This document shows positions 12,601 through 26,091 of a stretch of 64,000 bases of DNA, one piece after another. The notes under the pieces were generated by a model. It was given only the letters and a program-made list of their open reading frames with translations, was not told the origin of the DNA and made no database searches. The position numbers and the translations under genes are program-made. This DNA is from Ramazzottius varieornatus (lineage: Eukaryota; Animalia; Tardigrada), in NCBI GenBank assembly GCA_001949185.1, contig BDGG01000001.1:9269085-9333084 (forward strand), written 5' to 3'. How positions within the stretch are numbered: the stretch's first letter is position 1; the number at the start of each line of letters is the position of its first letter.

Positions 12601-14529
12601 TTGGCCTTGGGGTCGACGCGGATGGTGGGCAGCGGCTTTTGGTCGGCATCCACGTTGAGGATCACCACTCCCGGCGGCGGCAAGGGCACCTTCAGCGTGG
12701 CCGGCAGCGGACCTTTGGGCAGCTGGCCGAAGCGCGAGCCACGCTTGGCCGGCGGAGAAGCCGCCGGCGTGATGGGCGACATTGAAGCCACCACGCTACC
12801 TTCCACTTCCTTCCTCTTGTCCTTCTGCCCCTCTTCATCAGCATCTTCTCCTAGACAGCAAACCATACACATCAGACACTTTTTAAATTCTACAGCACCT
12901 TGGGTCAACCCACGCTAGTCGGCCACCCCCTGGGTTGCTTGACTTACCGATGAAAACAGGGGTGACCGACTTTGACCGATAGGTGCAGCTCAACCATATA
13001 TTGAGTTTAAAGACGAGATATTTCTTACCAAAGGCCTGGAACTCTTTGAGGATGGATTCATCGAACGGTCCGCGTCCGCTCTTGAAGAGCATAGTGATGC
13101 GTTCATGCAAGCTGGGCCGTGGTGGTCGTGTAGCTTCTTCTTCCTCCAGCGGTGGCAGCTTGTGATGGTGGTGATGATGACTGTCGAAGCCATTGGCGTA
13201 TACCACGCTGCTCTGGCTGTTGGTCGTCGTCCACGAGTTGCGACTGTTGTGGTGACTCTGTACCGAACTAACCGAGGGCGAGGGCGAGTGCGAATAGGAT
13301 GGCAAGACAGCCGACACCGGTGTGCCGTAACCAAGGGAAGACTGCGGAGGGTCGACAGGAGGTGGCGGTTGTGCCTTGGTTGGAGGCGCTGGTGGATCCA
13401 GCAAGGAGGAGCGGTTGTGCTTGGGTTGCTCTGCTACCAACTCTTTGATACAAGCCTTGTACTTTTTACCTAGCCAGAACAACGAATACTCAACCAGCAA
13501 GAAACTCTGAAAAGCAAAGTCCACGGACCACGACTGTGAAACAGTCTTGGTCAGTCTTATGGCCTGCCATTCTGCCTCCTGCCGTGCGTAACACCACGGC
13601 CAACCAAAAAGAAACTCGTCCATCAAAATCGTCAATCAACATTCTTCAATCAATGGCGCCTATACCACTACTTATGCTAATTCTCGATTGATTGCCAGCC
13701 GTGATTGAAAGAAACCACCAGATGCATTTATCTTCTTCCAATCTGGGAACCACTACTCAACCCGGAAGCCCCCTGCTCATCCCCACTGCGTGAATCATGC
13801 TTTTGTGGTTAAAAGGAATGGCTTAGCTTAGATTGCAACTGAAGAGAGGCAGAAACCATACCTAAAGGATCCTTGGAAGCGTGGATAACGTTGCCCATCA
13901 CAGCTCGTCCATTCATGGCTATGATGCAGGCGTCAGCGCTCTGTGAGGTCGTCAGCTCGACGTGGGCCAGTCCCAGATGTCTCTTGGTAGACGGGTGATA
14001 CGCGATACTGAGATGGACCACATCAAAGTTGTGCTTCTTGAGCAGCGTGCGCAGAAAGTCTTCCCTGACATTGTCATTGAGGTTTTCCAGCAGCACCTCC
14101 ACTTCCGGTGGCGTTCCCGTGTAGTTGGCGTCGATCTGGAAGGATTCGCTCAGAACAACCCTCAATCTGATCTCTTTGACCGAACTTACCACAAATCTGG
14201 TAGGGAGAAGCTTGACCGTTTGATGAAAGGGAACGCTCCGAAAGCGTTGTTGAGGATTTCTCCGCGGATCCTTGACGACTACGGTCTCCTCCTGCAGACA
14301 AAGCAACCTGGGTTAGACCATGCAACCTACCACGGCAGGACTTTGTCTATCTCACATAAGAATACTGATCGCGCAGTTTCTTGTCGAGAATGATGCCTTC
14401 GACGCGGTAGACCTTCTGCTTGTGCTTGGCATCGATGGAAGGATCAGCAATTAACTTGTAATTGTTCAGCTTCCGACGATCACCAGCCGCCGAGCTGGAT
14501 CCTGATGGCGCCTCCGTGATCCCAGACAT
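9606..14529 (-). CDS. SETD1: SET1/COMPASS histone H3K4 methyltransferase (SETD1A/B-like), multi-exon
   Basis: N-terminal NYKLIADP...KVYRVEG; RRM ([15 protein letters not shown]...HLGLAHVE); WIN-like GCARCTPY; [14 protein letters not shown]; SET domain [10 protein letters not shown]...[18 protein letters not shown]; post-[16 protein letters not shown] then stop. Confidence 0.95.
11282..11318. repeat. Coding trinucleotide microsatellite (GTC)n(TTC)n encoding poly-K/poly-T in SETD1
   Basis: gtcgtcgtcgtcgtcgtcgtcttcttcttcttcttc read directly; translates as [13 protein letters not shown] on the minus strand. Confidence 0.85.
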
Positions 14530-14890
14530 TCCTACCACGTAACGTCAAGCAAACCTCATCGGAGCTCTCGTTCCAGACTTCGTAAGACAAGAACTGCGAC
14601 CCAGAGAGGAAAAGATGGAGAAATAAAAACGAGAAAATGGCAAAGTAACAGGCAACAATCAGCCCTCAGCTGCCCTCTCGTTCCGGTGAGGCCTTGATTG
14701 ACCATTGATGGTCAACGATTGATTGGCCACAAACATGTGTATGCATGTGCTCGTCATGGAAGCTGGATCAAGTGTGCATCGTGCAGGAATGGGCGGTGTT
14801 AGCGTTTTCCTCGGGAGTATATTTTGCAGTGCGCAGCGCATGCTGGCCATCATTTCACCAATCTAGCCTACTGCAGCACTGCTGGAAAAG

Positions 14891-15090
14891 TACACGTATC
14901 ATTATGAAACAGTAACAATTATGGGACAGTATCAATTAAGGGACAGGTCTTTCCGCTACGGCGATAAGGAAGCACGTACGTACACGACCGATTCACACCA
15001 ATGTACTTTTCAGTTTTCGCACTTTTCTACGTTTGAATTTCCATTTTGCCGTCGTTTCCGCCTGTCCCATAATTTTCCATCGTGCGTGTA
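14891..15090. mobile_element. Small degenerate TA-bounded MITE, Tc1/mariner-like
   Basis: Perfect 13-bp inverted repeat AATTATGGGACAG (14917-14929) / CTGTCCCATAATT (15062-15074); outer ends TACACG...CGTGTA. Confidence 0.45.
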
Positions 15091-15440
15091 CAGAGGAATA
15101 GTAGATCCTATGGCCAGAGTTACAACCGCAGCGTAGCTGTGTAAAAGTTTCAGGCAAGTCGTTCTTCGACGTTCTACCCTCCACGCCACTGATATTAGAG
15201 TGGGATAATTCAACTAATGTACGCATTCAAACATTTTTCAAAAGACTTCCATGCTGACCAGTATCAGACCAGTGCTGAATTTGAGTTTTGACTCAAAACT
15301 GTAGAGAGAGTTCTGCCTTGCCAGGACTGATTTTTTGTAAGTCTGTGAAATCTTTTCGTATTACCGGCTATTGTCGCTAATTCGCATCAGCAGGTTCTTC
15401 ACGAGAACTAAAGAGCATCAGCAAATATGAAGGTTGACTT

Positions 15441-17151
15441 TTAGGACCGCGTTGAATAATAAAACTTTAACAAATCATCCTCTTCGAAATGACCCGCAGG
15501 AGTTTCTGGCAGACAATTGGGGACAGGTGTTCGGCTTGCACTTCTTTCTTCGGTTTTCTCGCTATGCAGCACATCATGGATGGCTCTTTCCTCACTGACG
15601 TAGGCCAAGTTCAAACCCTTCCCGGCATACCACGTCTTCTTCAACAGGTTGACTCGGCAAACGTAAACTTCACCCAGTGCGGAACACAGCAGCAGCGTGT
15701 AGTTGAGGTGGTACTTGCCATAATGACAAACAATCCTTTGTGAACCAGATTGGCCGGTCAACGGTGTTCGTAGTGTTAAAATGGAACGTTCTTCTTCCAA
15801 AACATTTTCTCCTGCTGGACAAATACGGCATTCATTCATGCAAAATGAGCTTCTACCGTAGAAAGTATCGATTTCACTCTGCGGACATACCCGTCACGGT
15901 TGACACTAGCGATGTCAAGGAGCGCGGGAGGACATTGCCGAAAACGCCGGCCAGAACACTGCGCCAAGTCGACGGTGTACTGGTACCCGATGCTTCGCTC
16001 TTGTCTTTCAGGCTGTTCTTTAGCTGGAAAATGTGGACACTGCCCCGTTCACTGACCGTGACGATGCAGTGGGCATCCGGCGAAAAGACCAGCGAACAAA
16101 GAAGGACGGCTGTTAAGCCACGACGAAACTGGTGAAGGAGCTGGCCGCTGGGTAGTGTGAAGACCCGGATGACGGTGCCACGCGACGAGGAAGTGGCCAA
16201 ACGCCGAGCAGCACTGTCCATCACCAGACAGCTCAAATGTCCTAAGTACAGACTCTTTTGACATAATTCCTCCATTTTACAGCGACAGAACAAGCCTGAA
16301 GAAACTGCTACCGCTTCGATGGGCTAGAATGCGAATGGTCAAGGATTGCTGTTCCACGTCTTGAACCACTACGCAACCCTAAAAAACAGAGCGAACAGAC
16401 GCGTAAAGGTTGGGCAGTAACCCGTCGGATCGAAAAGAGCGTTCTAGGCAGAGGAAAATTTACCCGACCGTTAAATTGCCGTCGCAATGGGCCACATAAC
16501 AGTTGATAGGGTCGTTGGACAGTGCGAAAGGCGAGAGGACGTAGGTCAGCTGGGAAATGGGCTGGACACCTTCTAGCCGGTAGATGTACAGCTGCGTGTT
16601 GACGGCCACCACGAACATGCCGTGGTTGGCCAGGACGTCTTGTATGGGACCATAATAGCCCAGTTTAGCCACTACCTGCGCCACATGTATTACCATCATT
16701 CATTTCGGTCATTGAAGTACTGTAACTTTCAACAAAAGACACACCGCAAACCTACTTCCTCCTTGTCGTAATCCTCTATGTACAGGTTGGAAGCGTCGGT
16801 GGTCGGAGCGAAGAGGACCAACTTCCCTGTAAAGTACTATAATTATACAGTAGTAGTTGTCACACAATAAATTCCGGCTAGAGACCTATCTGTACCACCG
16901 CAACCAAAGGTCCAAAACTGACCTGTAAGGGCGCATTGGATCAACGTAATGGACATGCGTTGCGCAGTGGCGTACTGCAAGGTGCATGCTCCAGTATCGT
17001 CAATAGAAAGAACCTGGTAGCCACAGACGCTGGCTATCAGCAGGAACTTGCCGTCGTTGGAGAAAGTGCAATTGTTCACTTTCGGTCCAGCTGTCAGGAT
17101 TTCCACCACGTTATCCGCTTCCGCATTGTCTACCTCTTTGCCACTATCCAT
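15441..17151 (-). CDS. ATG18/WIPI-family PROPPIN (phosphoinositide-binding WD40 protein), divergent
   Basis: AHRSG|HLSCL...LATSSSRGTVIRVF...LLHQFRRG contains the PROPPIN FRRG motif; WD-like SERGSVHIFQL; N-terminal CTFSNDGKFLLIA. Confidence 0.85.
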
Positions 17152-17334
17152 GCCAATTCTGTGAAATGACCACCGTTGAATATCAGAGACTACGTCCGGT
17201 GCCCTCACAAATATATTCTGTACTAAACGCCTTTCTAGCAATGGAACAGCGATCCAGTTATGTCGGGAAGGGTGGACATACTTAAGGTGCAAATGGGTGG
17301 GCGATCGGCTGGAGCGTTGCTACGCTCTGCAGAG

Positions 17335-18085
17335 CTAGAGAAGTGAGACGTGGTCTTCCCACAAGACGATGAAGCCCAGTCCTCGTACTGTCGCAAGGGG
17401 AAATGCGCTGGGGCAAAAGTCCAGCTGAACAGAGTTACTTGCTGACAGGAATGTCAGCTCGCCATTGCTGATGTGGTCGTTCCCAGTGATCGACACTCCC
17501 CGGATAACTGTGATGAAAAGATCGTTAACTCGAGTTTCGAGCCCATCCAGGAAGAGCTTTGAGCCCACTTCCCTACCAAAAGGGCGCATTTCCTGCATGT
17601 AATGCGTATACTACAGCTAACCTACGTTGAACGGACGTTAGCGGCGAAGTCGACAAAAGTTTCTGGTAAATTTTGTCTTGACAGGGACGTTGTCCGGCTA
17701 CGTCTGCCAATTTCCCATCCATCAGCACCATGTAGTCCACGTTGCGAAGAACAAGGTACGGCAAGCGTACTTCCACCTATGCAGAACAACACATAATGAT
17801 ACACTTTACAGCAAGCAAGGGACCAGTCAGAAACACAGATGTAAGCAGACATTGGCTTACCTTTACGTCCGGGTTGGGACTTTTCAGCAGCCATCGACAC
17901 TTTAAGCCAAAAGGGTAAGGTCGCCGAGGGAAATCCTCGGGATACGTCATATTGCCACCAAAGTCCGCCGTCAATGTTTGACCACAACGAGCAGTGAGAA
18001 TCAGCTTGTCTTTGCTGAAACCATCAACAGACACGAAGAGAATCGTCGCTGAAAAGAAGGAAAGCAGTAAAGCACAGCTATTCAT
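17335..18085 (-). CDS. Secreted single-CUB-domain protein, 3 exons
   Basis: Signal peptide MNSCALLLSFFSATILFVSVDG; CUB motifs CGQTL...YPFGLKCRWLLKS, DYMVLMDG and SASNSVQLDF...GLGFIVLW. Confidence 0.75.
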
Positions 18086-20104
18086 TGCCGATAGTTCGAA
18101 CGATAGCACGATGGAAGTTTAAAACCGAGACGTCTCGGCCAGCAACAAAGTACAGGTGCATAATATGTCCAGTTGTCAAAGGCCCGATAAACTTTACTCT
18201 TCGTCTTATGCCACAGTAAACCAACAATAGAATTGGAAATACTTCTGCGTGATCCGTTGTCCGTCGACATTATGAAGGGATCGAACTTGACGACTGCTTC
18301 CAGCGGATAATCATGGTTGGTTCTCTGTACAGTATATTCATCACCCAGAAGGTGCAGACGGACCGGTTCTTTGCTGGCTTATTTAGTGAGCTCGAGCTGT
18401 AATGTGCAACAGCCAATGCGTAAGACCACGTAAGACCAATGCGTAAGACCACGTCCGTTGGCAGTCCGCGACAAATTAACGCAAGTTCAGCAAGCCACGT
18501 TCCCCATACTAAAAGGTTCGGAAACCAAACCTTCTGATTAGCCTTGGTAGTACAATATTCAAAGGAATACACCAATGTTCTCACGGAGCGGAGTATCGAT
18601 AAGTCCGAAAGTAGTAAGTACGAGAAAAACACCCAGCACTTCCGCCCAGTCCTTACACAGTTCGGTGCAGGTGGCGCCACCGCACTTCCGGTTCCAGACT
18701 TGATTCTTTTGAGCGAACGTGCGACTCACTGCTCGGCGTGCCCGCTTCCTCAACTCACTCCATCGAGGATAAAGAGGGTTATGGCCTGTCCTCCTGCGAC
18801 AATGACTTTCAGTACGAGAAGATAAAAGTGATCATGATTACCATGAAAGCCTCTTCTGATTGTACTGAAATTTATTCTAACTACCGAGATGAGTGTGTGG
18901 TGCTGGTGAAAACTGGGGGAAGAAGAAGAAAATTATCTTCACACTATGTACAGTGTGAGTTTATCTGTATGGAGATTCAGTCGTGCTGAGGCACCATACA
19001 GAAAAGCGGGTTTATTTTTAACTGGCCAACTTGAGTTATTCTGGCAGTGTATCTTGCTGAGAGTTGAGAAAAAATGGCCGATAGCCCGTCATAGCTTACG
19101 TACCAACGACAGACGATCACAGTATACAGCTTCCTCTTTTCAAGCGCACACAGACCATCTTGGCCAGGAACACTCTCAGAGTACTTCGCTTCTTCGCATA
19201 CCATACAGTTGCTTCCCCAGTTACCGACCGTATTCTACACTCTCCATCCTAATATTATTTCCATTGGTTCTTCTGTGCAGGGACCCCCATTTGGAATACT
19301 CCTTATAGCCTTATTTGACAGGTGAGAACTCGTCTCCAATCTCGGCAACGTCATTTCTGGGTTGTTTTCGGGTGCCAAAACGCCGGAGCTTTCGGCTGGT
19401 TCCATGCTTCAAGCATAAATTAGTTAGGCCTTTGAGTGCAGATTTTAAAGTGGAAAGTCATAGACACTTGTAGCATAATAATAAGTTCTCCCACTTTCTT
19501 CCGATCCGAATGATGCGACACAGATACAAGCGAACGGAAAAAATTCGGCAATGAATTGTGCCTTAGCTTCTGTAAGTACGATTCCACATCACAACTGTGA
19601 AGCAAATATTGGGCTGACAAAAATAGCCTTAGCATGGCAGTCGGCTCAGTATTCTTCTTCAAGACATACAGCAGCGAAGCAGAATGAGCTAGATGCCAGA
19701 CTCATGTGCTTATATGGAGCAGCTTAGGCAAGTCAGCTTAAAACTGTATACTGCGATACTTTGGCGCTGGCCCAGGAAGAAAACCAAGAACCAAGAACTA
19801 CGTGGTAATGTGCTCGCAAGGGGAAAGAAACGGAGAGAGACTGATGAGCCAGCATGCTTTGCTCGAGGGAATGACATTTTCGCCCACGTACTACGTCCAT
19901 CTAACAACTTCCGCGGACTTGACACTCCCTCGCTGAGAAAAGACTTTCAAGTTCCAATAGTCTTTTAGACCCTCTATCCATTTAAAGGTTACCCCTTCTC
20001 GTTGAACATACCTTCTTCCTTGTTAGAGGTCCATCCGGTGAGTTCCTCTGGGTTCGCACTTATTTTTCTACAAATGACGCACCTTTTTTCGAGAATTCCC
20101 TTAA

Positions 20105-20620
20105 CACTTAAAAGACCAAGGGGGTACCCCGGTTGCCTGGCGCACCCCAAAAGCCTTGCGAAATGACTACTGTTAAAGCTTTTCGTGTCAAATTTTCACG
20201 TTTGCTTTCGGAAACTTGTCGCTTCCAGTTAAAAAAGACGTGAACTGGCTAGCAGCTTTCTGAAAATTTTGAGACACTATTTCGTTTTTGGCCAGATTGT
20301 ATCCTGAGTTGACAGACCAAATTTTTACTCAAGAGCTGACTGACGGAAAGCCCCTAAAAATTGGACACAGAGCCAGTACATTGGTACCGTCTTAGACGCT
20401 CCAGTATGTTCCATGCTGTTTGACCAGTGGTCAGAGCAAATTAAAAAGGTCTGGCACTTTGGTTCACTTAATGGCGCATTTTACTCGAAAAATGCGAAGC
20501 GTACATGGGGTGATTGGCCCGATCTGACCCCACCCCATGATTTCAGCCAGTTGAAAATTGGGGAAGGTGATCTACCCCCCTTGTACTCCCAGAGCTCGGA
20601 ATTGCGTGGTCTTCTAAGCG
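20105..20620. mobile_element. piggyBac-type non-autonomous element (MITE), copy 1
   Basis: TTAA at 20101-20104 and 20621-20624; TIRs CACTTAAAAGACCA / TGGTCTTCTAAGCG; homologous along its length to 54950-55467. Confidence 0.85.
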
Positions 20621-20664
20621 TTAATTCATCTGCCGTACACCGTTATTTTGCAGAATCAATCACA

Positions 20665-21757
20665 ATGTCGGCCGAAGAGCGTCGAAGGGACCGAGAGTAA
20701 GTTGTGGCCCATGTTACAAGCTCCTCCAGTGCATCTAACCAACCTTCTTGCTGCCTTCCTGCAGGGCCCGAAGCCGCAAAGGCGAGGACTCGGCCGAGGT
20801 AAGTCAAACTTTGTGAAAACCTACGAAGGGAGAACAATGTTGACAATTAGGGGTTATTTCGACAGGATGCGGCCTCCAAGCAAGCCGAAAAGGACCGGAA
20901 GAAGGCCGAAGTGCGTCAGCGGTTGGAGGAAGCGGCCAAGGCTAAGAAGGGTGTCAAGAAGGGCTTCTTGAACCCCGAGCGTAAGCGCAAGCTGCGAGCC
21001 TTGCTGATGAAGAAGGCCGCCGAGGACATGAAAGCCGAGCAGGAACGCAAGGGACAGGAACGTCGACGCATCCTGGAAGAACGTATTGGTAGTGACAAGC
21101 ACAGCTCGGCTAATGACGAAAACACTCTGGCCGAAGTCTGCAAAGCTTACCATGAAAGGATCCGAGCACTGGAAGAGAGTCGTTATGACCTGGAAGTCAA
21201 AGTCCGCGCCAAAGATTACGAGGTACGCCATGCAAATCAAACCATCCAGTGAAAACATGGACGAAGAGCTCTCGTGAGCCACTGTGCCGTACTTCCAAAA
21301 TGGTAATATTTCGACAAGCATATTAGGACGACTCGTATCGTTTTACAGATTAACGAGCTCACCATTCAAGTCAACGATTTGCGCGGAAAGTTCGTCAAGC
21401 CCACATTGAAGAAGGTTTCCAAATACGAATCCAAGTGAGTGAACGGAGCCTGCAATACGACAGATGGATGCTTTCAAACTCAGCGAACAACGTCATTGAA
21501 ATATGAAAATATACCTTGATATGTGTCATTGCAGGATGACCGTAAAGAAGAGCGACGCTGCCGTCGATTTCCGAAGCACCCTCAAATCCACCGGCATCAA
21601 CAAATTCGCCATGGACGATGACACCAAAGTCGTAAGTGACCTCTTCCGCCTGTTTCCCACTATAGGCTTGATCTAAGACCAGCGTTTGTTGCAGGACAAG
21701 ACGAAGCCAGACTGGGCCGCCGGAGCCAAGAAGGGCGACGAGGAAGTCGAAGCATAG
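20665..21757 (+). CDS. TnI: Invertebrate troponin I, 6 exons
   Basis: KKAEVRQRLEEA...KKGFLNPERKRKLRALLMKKAAE and INELTIQVNDLRGKFVKPTLKKVSKY; exons join in frame through GT-AG introns, including a 34-nt exon at 20765-20798. Confidence 0.95.
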
Positions 21758-22282
21758 GTGCTCCTCCGCTTGGCCACTTACTCCGCACCCATCTTGCGCT
21801 ATGTGGTGCAATACACGGGACAGACAAACATTTGTTCTTTCTGTCTTTTGCCAATCATTGTCTCTGCTTCGCTCTACTTCTTGCATATACCAATAACTTT
21901 AGGTCAACCTTTTTATCCCCTTCAAGCATTGCAGCTCAAGCTATGTCCTCGTCCATATCTCAGTCTGACAAATATCTGCCTTCATATCCACCACCGACTA
22001 ACTCGCCTCAGCTGACACTCGCTATTTTATCTTGAAACATAATCAACTCATCTGGTCCATGTATTCCCTGCTTCCATACATGTGTATGTATACTTGTGAC
22101 AGCTTCAATCACCGAGGAAAAGCACCCCTCTATAAACTAGACAAAGCTGAATGGGAGAGGCTGTGTGTTTGTGGGGTAAAAGGGTTTCGATAAAAAGATC
22201 AAGAAATGAAGAGGAGGCATCTATAGCTACCGGTTTTGTAGTAAGTTTTTCCTTCCTTCCTTAATTTTGTGGGTTCCCCGCT

Positions 22283-25267
22283 TCAGTCCACCTTGATGCT
22301 TCCATACACTTTCCGGACGAACCAATATGTGGCTAGAGCGACAGCACCAGGTTATTTGATATAAATTCAGAACATAAGTGACGGATGATGTTAGATTGCT
22401 GCACCTAGGAAGCCAATGGTGCCGGTGAGGAGCCAGACCAAAAAGACAATGATGAGGGTATAGCCAAAGTAGATGAAGGCGGAAGCGAAGCCACCAATGT
22501 CCAGCTTGGTCAGGTAGTAGTGGAGGCAGTAAGCCAGCAGGTAGCCGGCTGTCATGCCGCTGGTCATGAAGGAGCGCCACCACCAGCGGTAGTCTTCACT
22601 GCACAGGTGAAAGTACGACAGCAATACTGCCGTCTCGCTGCACGTCACCAACAGGATCAAGAACACAAGGAAGAGGAAGCCAAACATGTAGTACGTTTGG
22701 TGGGCCCTGCAAAAGCCAGCTATGTCATCAAAGCCTTCTGACGAACAAAAAAGGATTCCATCTCAAACAACATTGCCAGACTAACACGACTTCGCAGACG
22801 CGGACAATGAGTATCCTTTTTCCTCCTCATAATTTAACTTTTGATCGTACACTAACCATACCAGAGACTGTTGAGGATGAAATAGAGTTGAATGAAGATG
22901 CAGCCAAAGGGGAGGATACCGCCCATCAAGACGCCAGGTAAGGGTCGAGTGTACATGGACTGGTCGGGAATTTGACGTGGAATCTACGTATAAGATCAAA
23001 AGTCTTTATTACAGCTGACCCGTCAGGTTGACAGATTGTCAGGACGAAAGTGATACCTGGTTGACGCGAACAGGGTTTTCCAAGGGCTGAAAACCAACAA
23101 AGAGACGCTTTTGTCAAGGCACTTGCAACTAAATGGCAAATGAAAAGCACTGACACGTCGCTTGAAGCCGAAGTAAGCGCCAAGGAATGTCAGTGGAACG
23201 GAGATGCCGAACCACAGCCCCAGCAGAGCCAACAAGGTAGTGAAGGGAACGGCGGCCGACGAGCCTTCCGCCCACAGGACGATGTTCAGCGTGAAGAACA
23301 GAGTAAAGACGATGCTGAAACAGAAGTTAAGCCATAGAGGAGACTACACGGCTGATACAAGGCCGCGTCACTTTACCCGGGGCAGAAGAGAGCCGTCAGG
23401 AGGACGTTAGCTTTCCAACGATCACCACCCATCATTTTGTACAGGCGCGAGGAGACGTATCCGGCCGGAGTGCCCAGGCAGACGTAGACGAACATGGCGC
23501 AGGTCATCAGCGCTCCGCGGTTGGCCGGCGACAGGAAGCCAAAGCAGGCAAAGACCAGCGTCACCAGTGTCATAATCAGCACTTGCGTGCCCGACCCCAC
23601 AAATACCGACAACAGCATACCTTTGTGGGGAGCGCGGAAAACGTCACCGTGAATCAACTTCCAACCGTACTCTTCTTGGGCGTCGTCCTATCAAAAACAT
23701 ATGACAGGCTTCTGCTGATTAGTAAATTTCAATGTGGGTCAAGGAAAATCTTACGCTGTTTTCTAGCTGATTATATCGGGCAATATCTCGTCGCAGTGTT
23801 CGGACGAGAATAAGGGCGATCATGCCAGACAAGAAGAGGACAATGACCAGCGAGTTCAAAATGGAGAACCACTGGATTTTGGACTGTGGCTGCGCGTCCA
23901 GAATATAATCCTGCACGACAGACCACTCGTCCCATCACTGGACAACAGTCATGGTACCTGTAGGCCGTCAAATGACAGATTTCTCCTTACCCATCGGCTG
24001 GACCATCGAACCTCCTTATTCTCTACGAAGCGAACGGAATAGGTGAAGTTCAGGGCAAACTTGTCGCCGGTATCGACAATGGCCAACGGTTTAGCCGAGC
24101 TTCTGTCGCAGGCATTGCCTAGCTTGGCCGACGCCTGTCAAGAAGAGCTCATCAATAATCGCATAATCGACAAGGCACAGCTGCCACTTACAGCGTGGTC
24201 GACGGTACGTGGCTCGACGTCAACACGAATGATGCGGGCTGAAGCGGCCGTGCCACTCTCGTCAGACTCTGTCGGGTTGTACATGACCACCAAGTCCACG
24301 TGGTTGTAGACGAAGTAGCCTTCCTGCTTCTTGGTCAAGGCCTGTACAAACACCTCCCCTCTTAGATGGCATATCATACAAAGTAGGACAAAGCCTTACC
24401 TCGGACTGGATAGGGCACGGGTAGCGCGGTGTTCCATCCCGTGAGATGTAGCAGCCCATAGGGAAGCCCGTCGAGCAGTAGGTCTCGGAGCCTTCGCCAT
24501 TGATGGTGGGAACTTGGTAGCACCAGGTGATGGGCAGGTTGTCAACGATCCAGTGGTGCTGATAGTTGAGGCTGATGCCAGACTTGAGCTTCCGCAACTT
24601 CTCCTGATCGCCCGCATCCTTCAGGTTGTATTCTTTTCGACAGACGCTGACGCATTCACGAGCCACGCCAAAGTCTAGCAGATAAGGCGACGGTCGCATG
24701 CGGTCGCCAAAGACCACCTGCCCCAGGTTCTCCACAGGCGAACCTTCATATTCGTCGGGAACGATACAAAAGTCAAAGTAATGGTACTCGTACGGGATAA
24801 CGGAGTGCTCAGAGTTGAGGCGGTTGACGAAGACGCGCACATTGTTCTGCAAAGGAAGGAAAATCTTATTAATATGATCGAACTGTCAGTTTGTTACAGT
24901 TTGAACCACAAGATACCGTCCAGAGCAAGCTTGATTGATTTCGCTGCCTCAGACTATCGCCCGAAACCTTTAGCTGGCCGCCAAAGCTTAGAACACAATG
25001 TGGTTACAAAAATATTCAACACAACGACAGCTGCCCTAATCCTGATTCTGACTGCAAATCGATACTTCTATCTGTGCACATAAAGGTGGATCACGCGATC
25101 ACACACCTCGTCTGGGGCCATCTATGCTAACTCACCTGGCACGTTCCCGACTCGGAAGTGGCTTTGTCACAATAGCTGACAGGAGACAGGCCAGGTAGGT
25201 AGAAGCCGAAGCAGGACGAGAGGAACGAGACGGCGAAAGTAGCCTGCAGCCACGTCGTCTGCGGCAT
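22283..25267 (-). CDS. TM9SF2: Transmembrane 9 superfamily member (nonaspanin), TM9SF2-like
   Basis: Signal peptide followed by FYLPGLSPVSYC; VIPYEYHYFDFC; ENLGQVVFGDR; IQWFSILNSLVIVLFLSG; HGDVFR; EDYRWWWRSF; C-terminal YGSIKVD then stop. Confidence 0.95.
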
Positions 25268-25710
25268 TCTCAACGTTTCCTGGCGGGCCTCTGGTCGAAG
25301 CACGGGCTTGGGAGTAGTCACCTAGACGAACATGTTTTCCATCAGGTAGCGAACCAAGGTGAAGAAGACAAGTCTTGTCCACAAAGTAGTTGTAATTTGG
25401 ATTAATGCAAAGGAACGGAAGCCACGACGACGAAAACGTCGAGAATCAAAATTTTAGATCTGAACCTTTTAATGGACACACTATGCCATACTCATTTGAA
25501 AGACAATTCGGCTGTTCGACTTGTCGAAATCTCTTCAAACTCTGCACAACAGTGGACGAGCGGAGGATCAATCGTCATTCGTTCTAACTTTTTTAATTTG
25601 ACCCGAACGAACTGCCAAAACGCATCTTCGTCTGGCAGGCCGCCTCATGTTACCGTCAAGGAAACAGAAGCCTGATGTCACAAGTCTTCGTCTTGTTAGT
25701 CTCGATATAT

Positions 25711-26091
25711 GAGCTGCTAAAGGGGGCCTTGCCGGAACGTCAAAGACACTGATCGAGTGATTGGTTGATTGATAAATAGGTGGGACCGATATGGTATACG
25801 TCATACGTTGGTGATATACAGTACGTAATGTATTGTAATCTACTAGCAAAACTCAAGATGAGCTCTTCATTCAATCAAGGAATCCGAGCAACAAAAGAAA
25901 ACCGTCTCCATACACAAGCAACCGATGGGCTGCAAAAAGCGTGAGTGACATAGTTTGAACCGAGTGTCTGTGTGTGGAAGTCTACACCACGTACACGTTA
26001 CCAACTGTTCGATAATGGCTGATTAAACGCCGTTTCGACAGCTTGTGGTTTTGGCAGGCCATGTGCAAGTGGAGGCCCCTTTTAGCAGCTC
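25711..26091. mobile_element. Non-autonomous PIF/Harbinger-superfamily element with both TIRs, copy 1
   Basis: AT|GAGCTGCTAAAGGGGGCCT ... AGGCCCCTTTTAGCAGCTC|AT. The interior is nearly identical to about 53724-54123, which continues into a Harbinger-like transposase ORF. Confidence 0.75.

Noticed and set aside
18414-18453. Short tandem duplication of CAATGCGTAAGACCACGT
   Set aside because: Only two units and no spacers; ordinary slippage, not an array.
19310-19410. Hairpin plus Sm-like ATTTCTGG suggesting an snRNA or SL RNA
   Set aside because: No match to U1/U2/U4/U5/U11/U12 or spliced-leader consensus by eye; a covariance-model search would be needed.
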